Shown: in pieces, positions 1-10,372 of the stretch
Numbering within the stretch: position 1 is the first letter of the stretch
Layout: every line of letters begins with the position of its first letter
From: Squalus acanthias
Taxonomy: Eukaryota
Direction: 5' to 3'
Length of the DNA stretch: 64,000 nt
Assembly: GCA_030390025.1 (NCBI GenBank)
Contig: CM059431.1
Location: 106,642,001-106,706,000, forward strand
Notes under the pieces: model-generated
Databases searched by the model: none
What the model saw: the letters and a program-made list of their open reading frames with translations, nothing else
Told to the model about the DNA's origin: nothing
Made by a program: the position numbers and the translations under genes

Positions 1-232
1 GTCAACCATGGTAGAGAGGAATCCTTGGTTGAGTAAAAAGGAAGACATGTCGGAAACACTAGTATGGAAGGTTGCATCGTCAGAGCAGATGCATCGGAGA
101 CGGAGAAACTGGGAGATTGGAATAGAGTCCTTACAGGAAGCGGGGTGGGAGGAAGTGTAGTCCAGGTAGCTGTGGGAGTCAGTGGGCTTATTGTGAATGT
201 TTGTCAATAGCCTATCCCCAGAGATGGAGACA
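1..232 (-). mobile_element. Penelope-like element fragment (RT C-terminal/linker region), cut by window edge
   Basis: Near colinear match to 29991-30221 inside the RT+GIY-YIG ORF of this window. Confidence 0.9.
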
Positions 233-499
233 AATACTTTGCTCATTATAAATTGAGAAACATGCCACAATATGATTCTGCACTTGTCATATTAAGGTAC
301 AATCTACATTCCTTTTACCACCATAACGCAGCGGTCAAGTTTTGTAATTTAAATGAACAGGTGCGGCCTTAACAGATTTTCATCAAACTTATCCTCATTA
401 CGCTGAAATATTAAAAATAGTTTAGAGTAAGTGAATTGCAATTTAATCTCAGGCTCCAGGAGATGTTCATGAGAGCATGACTTGGCCATACATTAACTG

Positions 500-710
500 A
501 AGGGGTTCAGGTGATTTCATAAGCCAGTCATGTGAAGAGATTGGAGAAATGGAGTTGTTCTCCTTAGAAGAGAAGGTTAAGAGGAGATTTAATAGAGGTG
601 TTCAAAATTATATGGAGTTTTGTTAGAGTAAATAAGGAGAAACTGTTTCCAGTGGCAAAAGGGTTGGGTACCAGAGGACACAGATTTAAGGTGATTGGCT
701 ATAGAACCAG
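500..710 (+). mobile_element. Degraded CR1 LINE ORF2 C-terminal fragment
   Basis: GGAGATTTAATAGAGGTGTTCAAAAT...ACCAGAGGACACAGATTTAAGGT matches the RGDLIEVFK..TRGHRFK motif seen at 27590-27720 and 5840-5870. Confidence 0.75.
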
Positions 711-714
711 AGTC

Positions 715-830
715 GACCAATTTCCGCACAGCAAGCTCCCACAAACAGCAATGTGATAATCGCCAGATAATCTGTTTTAGTGATGGTGGTTGATGGATAA
801 ATATTGGCCAAAACACTGGGGAGAACTCCC
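715..830 (-). mobile_element. Deu-domain SINE fragment
   Basis: Reverse complement matches 14495-14610. Confidence 0.8.
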
Positions 831-960
831 TTGTTTAGTAGGGAATTTGTAATTAGCAAGTCAGTGATTCGAACAAGGATTTAAGTTGTACTATTGTTAA
901 CCAGGCAAATGGAATTTGAAATGGAATTAAACATTCAATCAACATTTCCTTTTTTTTTTC

Positions 961-1298
961 CAAATCCCTCCATGGCCTCGCCCCTCCCTATCTCTGTAAT
1001 CTCCTCCAGCCCCACAACCCCCCCGAGATATCTGCGCTCCTCCAGAGCATCCCTGATTATAATCGCTCAACCTTTGGTGGCCGTGCCTTCTGTTGCCTCG
1101 GCCCTAAGCTCTGGAATTCCCTGCCTGAACCTCTCCGCCTCGCTACCTCTCTTTCCTCCTTTAAGACGCTCCTTAAAACCTACCTCTTTGACCAAGCTTT
1201 TGGTCGTCTGCCCTAATTTCTCCTTATGTGGCTCGGTATTACATTTTTTTGTCTTATAATACTCCTGTTAAGCGCCTTGGGATGTTTTACTACGTTAA
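961..1298 (+). mobile_element. L2-clade LINE 3' fragment
   Basis: Encodes a degenerate GGRAF..PKLWNSLP..FKTLLKTYLF C-terminus plus a tail also seen (reverse strand) at 24320-24810 and 57296-57520. Confidence 0.75.
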
Positions 1299-1389
1299 AT
1301 ATACTAAGGGAATCAAGGGATATGAGGATCGGGCAGGAAGTGGAGTTCAGCCATGATCTTATTGAATGGCAGAGCAAGAATTTTTTTTT

Positions 1390-1665
1390 TAATTTGTCGT
1401 TGTAGAAGGTGAGCCACCTTCTTGAACCACAGAGAGCAGTTAAGAGTCAACCACATTGTGGGTCTGGAGTCACATATAGGACAACAGATTTCCTTCCCTA
1501 AAGGACATTAATGAACCAGATGGGTTTTATACAACAATTTTCATGGTCACCAGATTTTTATTTTAATTAATTGAATTTAAAATCCCCAGCTGCCTGTGCT
1601 GGGATTTGAATTCACATTTCCAAATCATTACTTCAGTAACATAACCACTATGCTACCATACCCAT
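1390..1665 (-). mobile_element. tRNA-derived SINE sharing its 3' tail with LINE family A (degraded copy)
   Basis: Reverse complement matches the SINE at 52540-52610/53150-53430 (GTGACTCCAGACCC..GACTCTTAACTG core). Confidence 0.7.
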
Positions 1666-2335
1666 AGCATACTCCTGGTCCTATTTCTTATGTTCTTACA
1701 CAGCGAGCTGTTGTGATCTGGAATGCACTGCCTGAAAGGGTGGTGTTATAATGAAGGCAAACACAACAGCCAACCAGTAGTTTTCCTTTTGTCTTGACAT
1801 CATTGGATGAACATCTACCACCTGTGACTGCAGCCACAAACAAACATAGCTACTTTTGTTTTGTTTTCTCCTTATTTAAAATAGTTGTGTATGGAGTTGG
1901 GTTCTGAATAAAACTGAAGATAAACTTCATCCATAAAATCATTAGATCTGTCCTTATTGTATCAGCAACTCATTTTCTAATGTGTCGACCACCAATATTT
2001 GAGCCAAGAGGTCATCCCATGAATGATGGGATGACCTCCAAGACTAGCTCCCTCTTCTGGTTACAGGTGTCTTTGTATAATGTAGTCTTAAACACTACCC
2101 CATGCTTTTCTTCCAAAAAAAACAAAGGTGACATTAAACATTCAAAGATGACTTAACTACCAAATATTCTGACTTATTGGGCACTTGATAAATAGCAATT
2201 GACTTTGAGGTAATTAACACAAAGACAACATGCTTGTATACAGATTTACACTAAACCTTTATAAAATACTGCAATTAGAAGCAATAATAATACAGTAATA
2301 CTATACCGATACTAGCTGCACATTAACACTCAGAT

Positions 2336-2599
2336 GGCCCTGATTTTAACTCCAGGTGGATTCCCCGCTCAAGCCTGAGTTAAAATTACAGTTGGGTCTC
2401 AATGATGTCATCAGGCCGCAACATGCAGATGTAAAGAAGGACCCTGTCGGCTCCGGGCGTGTGTCCTTGCCGCCTGCTCAGGAGAGCGGGTTAAAATTGC
2501 AGATGTTGCAATTATGGCGGCTTTCGGACAGGTAACAGCCAGGGCGATTTTAACTGGCCACCAGGTTTATGCTGAGCGAGTAGGGTTAAAATCACCCCC
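2336..2599. mobile_element. Small Harbinger-type MITE
   Basis: Imperfect TIRs GGCCCTGATTTTAAC / GTTAAAATCACCCCC with internal GGGTTAAAAT repeats; TIR resembles that of the 40396-43176 Harbinger. Confidence 0.7.
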
Positions 2600-2723
2600 T
2601 TTACTGAAGTCAATCCATTACTGTTTTATTCTATCTTGACTTGCTAACAAGGGCTTAACTAATGAGTAAAATTTTCACCTTCAATATTAACTGCATCATT
2701 TAATATATATGCAATTACATATT

Positions 2724-3486
2724 GGGGCAGAAATTCGGGTCCCCATGGGTGAGTACGCGCTGTGTACTCACCCGTAGGGCCACCGGAAGTGCCGGTTTTG
2801 CGCATGCACTGCACATGCACGGGAAACCGGTACTTCCGGTCTCGTGAAAGAAGGGGTTCGAGGTCAACCGCGTGCGCCGGAGAGGCAGCGCGCACGCAGC
2901 GAACTTCGTTTTTTTTTCAGGTTTCTCCATGAGGGTAAGTATGGAGAAGCTGCGCAAGTAAAAAGGAGGCGCAAGGCCTGCTTTTAACAAGGTAAGTGGT
3001 GAATTAAATACAATTTAAACATTTTTTCAACAGGTTTATCTTGTTTACATACTTTAAAGAAAGGTACGTTTATTTTTAGCACCGTTAAAAAGTGTAATTA
3101 ACTTTTTCAAAAATTTAAATTTTTGTTTAAAGTAGTGAATTTACGTAATTTATAGTTATTTTAAAAATGTGATTTTTAAAAAAAATTATTTGAAGTTTTA
3201 GTGAGGTTTTGGGGGGTGATCTCTATTCATAGATTTGACAGGTCTTCCTGTCAAAATCTATGAATAGAGATTCCCTGCTCCGATTGGCTCTCCATGGCCC
3301 ACGTGATCCCAGGGGACGCTTCGAAATAACTACGCCCCTGGGATACGCAAGCACTGCGTGCCGGCAGCTGCAGGAGGCCCAGGAGCCGAAGTCCACGCGG
3401 GCCCAAAGCACAATGGCAGGCGCGGTAGGTAAGTACGCGCGCGAGCCTTGCACCCGCGGGAAGCCGGAGAGCCGAATTTCTGGCCC
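2724..3486 (+). mobile_element. Harbinger-type MITE family M1, copy 1 (763 bp)
   Basis: TIRs GGGGCAGAAATTCGG / CCGAATTTCTGGCCC, flanks ATT/AAT, GC-rich arms with AT-rich core; homologous to 14918-15942 (inverted) and 28221-28964. Confidence 0.9.
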
Positions 3487-3679
3487 AATATATTCTTGAA
3501 CATTACAGTAGGGAATGTGCAGCCAAATCCTCATCGATCTAATGACAGAGTACACACCAGATCTCCATGGTGTTGGTATGCTGGTCATTGCAGAAGGTGA
3601 CAGTCTCGGCATCTGATCTATAAAGTTACAGAGCTGTTTGCATCCACTTTCTCTGGCTGGATGGTGGTGAAGGAATGTA

Positions 3680-3992
3680 CTTTCTTCGACGGCACCTCCC
3701 AAACCCGCGACCTCCACCACCTAGAAGGACAAGGGCAGCAGGCGCATGGGAACATCACTACCTCCAAGTTCCCCTCCAAGTCACACAGCATCCTGACTTG
3801 GTCATATATCGCCGATCCTTCATCGTCGTTCAGTCAAAATCCTGGAACTCCCTGCCTAACAGCACTGTGGGAGCACCTTCACCACACGGACTGCAGCGGT
3901 TCAAGAAGGTGGCTCACCACCACCTTCTCAAGGGCAACTAGGGATGGGCAATAAATTCTGGCCTTGGCAGCAACGCCCACATCCTGAGAATG
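3680..3992 (+). mobile_element. CR1/L2-group LINE family A, 3' fragment
   Basis: ORF 3675-3941 LRRHLPNPRP...HHHLLKGN and tail GGGATGGGCAATAAAT..CCCACATCC match 11930-12230. Confidence 0.9.
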
Positions 3993-4879
3993 AATATCAA
4001 GTCTGTGTTCTTGGTAGTCTGGGGAGCTCACCACTGTCAGAATTATGATTGAATCTTTGCATTCAGCCTTGCGAATACCAGAAGCTTGAGTCTCCAAAGC
4101 CAAATCTGATGCTAAATCTCATCGGGATTGAATTCTAACTACAAGCAGACAGGGAGAATTTACCTCTCGATGGAGGCAGGGAGATACACATTAATATAAT
4201 GGCATGAGTGACTGAACTCTGCAGGTTTGTAAAGTGACAGTCTGCTGGGAATCAAACTGCAGAAATGTCATAATCCTGTTATTGACCCACAACCAAGGAG
4301 AAAAACAATATTATCTTACTGGTAGGTTTTATTTTGTCTAACGGCTCTGTATAGTTACCAACTGTGCAGGTTGGCAGACTTAAAAAAAAACGCTCCAGGC
4401 AGAGAGGCTTCTGTTCAAGTGCAGCTACCTTTATTAATCAAATAATTCCATGTCCCAAGCTGGTGGTGGATAATCTAGCAGATAAATCTACACTGGTACC
4501 TCAAAGCCCTCTGGTGCAATGACAGAGCTTGTTTCTGGAAGGCAAGTGCTGTGTCAAATCAACCTTACAGATGGTCCCAGTGAATAAAGGGGCCTGCTCC
4601 ATCCATCCAGTCAGAATTTATATGAAAATATACTACTTTTCTGAGAACTTAAAGCTGTAAAGAGCCACAGTTGATGAATGAGAAAGAAGTGCACATTTGT
4701 CAAAGAATCTTTTCTTCACAATGCAGTGAAGTGTAAATATTGAAAAAAATGATTGAAAATGATAACCATACAAAGGGTAAAACAAACATAAACAACCCAA
4801 ACAAAACTGTGTCAGACTTGAAAGTCTATGTGGGTAATTTTGATATTCGGTAAAGTTTAAAACAGGCAATATTGATTTA

Positions 4880-5430
4880 GCCCATAGAACGTACAGCACA
4901 GGAAAAATCCATTCAGCCCAACTGGTCTATGCTGATGTTTGTGCTTCACACGAGCCTCCTCCCACCCTACTTCATCTCACCCTATCTGCGTAACCTTCTA
5001 CTCCTTTCTCCTTCATGTACTTCCCCTTAAATGCATCTATGCTATTCGCCTCAACCACACCATGTGGTAGCGAGTTCCACATTCTAATCATTCTCTGGTC
5101 AAAGAAGTTCCTCCTGAGTTCCCTACTGAATTAATTAGTGTCTATCTTCTGTTTATGGCCCCTAGTTTTGGTCTTCCCCACAAACGGAAACATCTTCTTC
5201 AAGTCCACCCTATCAAACCCCTTCTTAATTTTAAAGACCTCAATCAGGTCACCCCTCAGCCTTCTCTTTTCTAGAGAAAAGAGCCCCAGTCTGTTCAGTC
5301 TTTCCTGATAGTTATAACCTCTCAGTTCTGGCATCATCCTTGTAAATCTTTTTTTGTACTTTTCCAGTGCCTCTATATTCTTTCTGTAATACAGAGACCA
5401 GAACTGTGCACAGTACTCTAAGTGTACCAT
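4880..5430 (-). mobile_element. CR1 LINE 3' fragment
   Basis: ORF 5131-5469 HLEYCAQFWS..RLNRLGLFSLEKRRLRGDLIEVFK..TRGH. Confidence 0.9.
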
Positions 5431-5431
5431 A

Positions 5432-5469
<38 letters not shown>

Positions 5470-5496
5470 GTATATAAATATATATATATATATATA
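5431..5496. repeat. Compound (TA)n/(CA)n microsatellite
   Basis: Directly visible. Confidence 0.95.
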
Positions 5497-5829
5497 AGTG
5501 GATAATAGAACTAATGAGCAATTATAAACAGCGATGCCACTTTTCCAACCGTGCCTATCTTATTTTATCAAAGCTAACAACCTTCATCCGAGCTGATCAT
5601 TATTCTTCTTCACCCACCCCATGGCCCTCAAAAGAACCTACCTTTATAGTTAAGTTTTCTATTTGGTACTGGTTTAGGGAAGAATAACACCTGCCAGGCC
5701 ACGTTTAACCATTTTGCAATCCACTGCTCGCTCGTGGCTATTTTGTAAGCAATTTAAAAAAAAATAAAAGCTTTGCATAAACATGCAGAATAGAATTATT
5801 AAGTTATTCATTATTATTAAAACTAAAAT

Positions 5830-6130
5830 TGCTGAATCGGTAACCAGAGGACACAGATTTAAGGTAGTTGACAAAAAATCCAGGGGAGAGATGAGGAGAA
5901 TTTCTTTTACGCAGCGAGTTGTTGTGATCTGGAGCGCACTGTCTGAGAGGGTGATGGAAGCAGATTCAATAGTAACTTTCAAAAGGGAACTGGATAAATA
6001 CTTGAAAAGGAGAAATTTGCAGGGTTACGGGGAAAGAGCAGTGAAGTCCGACTAATTGCATAGCTCTTTCAATGAGCTGGCACAGGTACGATGGGCCGAA
6101 TGGCCTCCTTCTGTGCTGTACGATTCGATG
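5830..6130 (+). mobile_element. CR1 LINE 3' fragment
   Basis: TRGHRFKV..FTQRVVVIW..FKRELDKYL followed by the GATGGGCCGAATGGCCTCCTTCTGTGCTGTA tail. Confidence 0.9.
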
Positions 6131-6804
6131 AGACCGGAAACATTCCCAGAATCACCCCCAGATTGCTGGAGCAATGCAATTGGGCTGGGAATAATGCCCA
6201 CTCCCCCTGCAGCACAATTCCTGAAGATGATTAATGAAGTGAAAGCCAGATGGATTTATTAATCGCCTTCTGTGCTGTATGATTCTATAATAGACAGAAA
6301 ATAATAAAGCACAGTCAAGAAATATCGAGTACAGTTCACGTCCACAAGAAATGACCCTTGCACCTGGAGCTGTTTTTCATGAGCAACTCAGTTCATTGGC
6401 AGCAGAAAGATTTAAAAAAATATATTAATATAGCTTGCTTCAATATGCTTAATCAGCATTTTTATTCTTAAATTCTCAGAGTGTCAGTTAAACAAATGTA
6501 CAATTGGGAATGGTGTTATTAACATATCAGAAAAGAAACTAGTGATTATCAATCATCTGCTATGATATCTATGGCTGTTTAGTAATGTTCATGCAAAGCT
6601 TGTCATATTTTAAATATGAAAAAAACTACAATGCCTTAATCAAATGAAATGATGTGCGACTAGCTGAGAGAGTCGGTCAGCATTTCAAATGTATCGTTGA
6701 TGGTTTAATTAAATATTTCTGATATAAGATTTAAGGTCTTTGGCATGCTGTTAACATACCTGAAGGTAAAATTCATATCTGGTCATATTCTATGCTATCA
6801 ACAC

Positions 6805-7560
6805 TCAAATTCGCGCCACAGAAGTGCCAGGCAATGACTATCTCCAACAAGTGAGAGTCTAACCACCGCCCCTTGACATTCAACGGCATTACCATCGCCG
6901 AATCCCCCACCATCAACATCCTGGGGGTTACCATTGACCAGAAACTTAACTGGACCAGCCACATAAATACTGTGGCAACAAGAGCAGGTCAGAGGCTAGG
7001 TATTCTGCGGTGAGTGTCCCACCATCTACAAGACACAAGTAAGGAGCGTGATGGAATACACTCCACTTGCCTGGATGAGTGCAGCTGCAACAACACTCAA
7101 GAAGCTCGACACCATCCAGGACAAAGCAGCCCGTTTGATTGGCACCCATCCACCACCTTAAGCATTCACTCCCTCCATCACTGGCGCACCGTGGCTGCAG
7201 TGTGTACCATCTACAAGATGCACTGCAGCAACTCGCTAAGGCTTCTTCGGCAGCACCTCCCAAGCCCGCGATCTCTTCCACCTAGAAGGACAAGGGCAGC
7301 AGGCGCATGGGAACACCACCACCTCCAAGTTCCCCTCCAAGTTACACACCATCCTGACTTAGAAGTATATCACCGGTCCTTCATCGCCGCTGGGTCAAAA
7401 TCCTGGAACTCCCTGCCTAACAGCACTGTGGGAGTACCTTCACCACACGGACTGCAGCAGTTCAAGAAGGCGGCTCACCACCACCTTCTCAAGGGCAATT
7501 AGGGATGGGCAATAAATGCTGGCCTTGCCAGCAATGCCCAGATCCCATAAACGAATTAAA
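6805..7560 (+). mobile_element. LINE family A 3' fragment
   Basis: Colinear with 11465-12240, with an internal deletion near 7020. Confidence 0.9.
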
Positions 7561-7899
7561 AAAAAATTTGAGTACAACTCCTCTCCCCGCCCCACCCTCG
7601 CCACCGTCCCTTATTTCCAGATTTTTTCCCTTTCTCTCCTAAAGATGCATGCCCACGGCTGGGGCACAGGTCCACGGGCACCAGCTGCCCACTGCACCTG
7701 GTTTAGAGAGGGGTAAATGGAGCGGAATTATTCTGGAGACACTGAAGGGCAGGAGAACGACTGACGATGAGGTGTGATGCTGGAGATTCTGAAGGAGCAA
7801 AAGGGAATGAGAAAGATATCCAGCTGAGAGAAGCATTGGAGGATCTGAGAGCGCGATTGTCAAATGAAGCAGGGCTGGAGAATCTGAGGGTGCAAAAAC

Positions 7900-8090
7900 G
7901 GATAAATCAGTAGGAGGACAGAAATTGGTCCAAATTAGAAGAGTAGCAAAATATAAAAAGAACGAGTAAAGTGCCTAATCGAAAGATGAGGTGCTGTTCC
8001 TTGAGCTTCTGTTAACCTTCATTGGAACAGTGTAGGAGGCCGAGGTCAGAGAAGGCAGAGTGGGAGTGGAACAGGCAATTAAAATGGCAA
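7900..8090 (-). mobile_element. Penelope GIY-YIG C-terminal fragment
   Basis: Matches 29340-29460 (KLKEQHLIFRLGTL on minus strand). Confidence 0.75.
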
Positions 8091-8342
8091 GCCTTTTGGG
8101 TTATTTTTTGTATCTGACCATTACGCTTTAGTGATCTGTGTACACGGACCTCACACTGAAAATGAATGAATAAATTTACATGAGTGGCAAATGACCTGAG
8201 CAGCTGCCAGCGAGAGTTGGGTTAATAAGGAGGATGTGGCTGCATGTGATTAAAAAAAAACAAGCACGATGACAATGCATCAGGTTTCGATTTATTGAAT
8301 AGAAACCCTTTGCTGCTATGGTTGACGAGTCCCCGCAAGGAA

Positions 8343-8553
8343 AGTGTGTGGATGAGTGTGTGGATGTGTGTGTGGATGAGTGTGTGGATGTGTGTGTGGA
8401 TGTGTGTGTGTGTGGATGTGTGTGTGGATGTGTGTGTGTGTGGATGTGTGTGTGGATGTGTGTGTGTGTGGATGTGTGTGTGGATGTGTGTGTGTGTGGA
8501 TGTGTGTGTGGATGTGTGTGTGTGTGTGTGTGGATGTGTGTGTGGATGTGTGT
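8343..8553. repeat. Interrupted microsatellite/minisatellite (GGA(TG)n) array, about 210 bp
   Basis: Directly visible; accounts for the spurious HT- and CV-repeat ORFs at 8176-8804. Confidence 0.95.
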
Positions 8554-9464
8554 GCCGGTGGCTGGAGAATTGCAGGAAAGCAAACTTCTGTTTGTTTCTG
8601 TTGCTGTTGCGAGAACACGAGGTGGTGAAGGTGAGGATGGTGAAAGATCCCCGAGCAACACGCAAGAAGCAAATCACAATGTAGCCGTAACCAACGCAGG
8701 GCTTTGAACATCACTGACTGACTCATCTCGGAGCAATCATTCCATTTGGGGACTTCTATGATACTGTTTGGTAGCGAATAATTAGTGGATGAATGCCTCT
8801 CCAAATCCTCCTTTAATTCCTCCTAGCATCTGTTTGTTGAATCTCCAAAGATGGTACAAAGATTAGACTAATCAAAATGTGCATTCCTTCTGTGTCCTGA
8901 GGGGTATTAGTCATTCCATGGCACGGCCACAATGCTATCACGGCAGCCTGTGCTAAGGAACTGGGTTTTTTGTGCTGTGCAGAGCTAATGTGCCACTTAC
9001 TGCAGTGTAACCAACTACACCAAATAGATTAATGCCCCTGAATTGTTTAATGGAACAACTCTGGTTCATAATGTATCAATGCGAATTATTTGCATCAAGT
9101 GGAATATGTAGCCGTGCACCACTGCACATGGTGGATGCCCTATAGCAAGGCACAGCAATAGAATGCAGCGAGGTGCAATTAAAATGTGTTTTGCACCACA
9201 TTGTGGCACATAATACCAACTACAATAATAAAAAATAGTATGCTATTTAGTCAAAGGTCTATGAAATCATACATACGAAATTGGCGAGCATACGAAATTG
9301 AGGGCCGGAAAAGACCAGCTGGTCCCACAAGCATGCCCCACACACCATGATGGCCGGAGCATCAGGACTAGACGCATAATTTCTCTATAGCTTGATGGTT
9401 TTTACTACTGGAAGGCTTTCCCTATATTTAGTATCAGCTTGGAGTTTGCTGGCCTGTATTTTTT

Positions 9465-9830
9465 TAATTTGTGCTTTGGATGTGGAGAATGCTGGCAAGG
9501 TCCAATATATTGACCATCCTTAATTGCCCTGAGAAGTTGCTGGCAGGCCTGCTACTTAAACCGCTGAAAGTCTTTGTGCTGGTGATGTTCCCAAAATGGT
9601 GTTAGGGAAGGAGTTCCAGGATATTGACCCAGCGATGAAGAAGGAGCAGCAATATATGTCCCAGTCAGGAAGGTGTGCGACTTGCAGAGGAACTTGATGT
9701 GGCTGGTCCAGTTAAGCTTCTGGTCAATGGTGACCCCAGGATGTTGATGATGCGGGCTGTGCTCCATTACAGGTCAGAGATAAGTGGTCAGGTCTTTCCA
9801 TGTTGGAGATGGTCATTGCCTGGTACTCAT
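9465..9830 (-). mobile_element. Degraded LINE family A fragment
   Basis: Reverse complement matches GVTIDQKLNWTSHI and the family A 3' tail. Confidence 0.75.
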
Positions 9831-10372
9831 CTGGCATAAATCGTTCGGAAGGCCAGCAGGAAAGATTGCATCAAGGAATCCATTGTATGTTCAGGACTCC
9901 ATTCTGTGGGCAAAAGGTGTTTATTGCAGAATCTGTTGAAGCAAGCAGCATCTGTAAAGTGTCAGCAATAAGCTTGGACTGCCAAAGCCCCTTGCGAGGT
10001 TGGCACCATTGTCACCATATGAGATAGTTTTCTGATTCTTTGGGGGTGAAATTGGGTCTCCTGGAACTCCTTCCCTAACTTTTGAAATGTTGAAAATTTA
10101 GCGCCAGGCGCTAAGGATTCTCAACTTCTACTAAATTGGGTGTTAGCGCCCCAGGAAGGAAGTGGGGCGCTAAATCAAGCGTTAATGACCTCAGTAGGGT
10201 GCTACAGGGGCACTACCAGCAGAGCGCTAATGAATTTCAGGAGCAATGCATTCAGCATTGATCCTTCACACTGGTTCCTTCCAGCTCTTAAAGGGGAGGT
10301 TGCATCATTGTGCAGATGCTCATTTTCAGCATTGCTGGCTTTGAGACGACCTGCGAGCAAGTGAATCCCCTG

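Noticed and set aside
8176..8804. Overlapping His/Thr- and Cys/Val-rich ORFs
   Set aside because: Translation artefacts of the (TG)n array.
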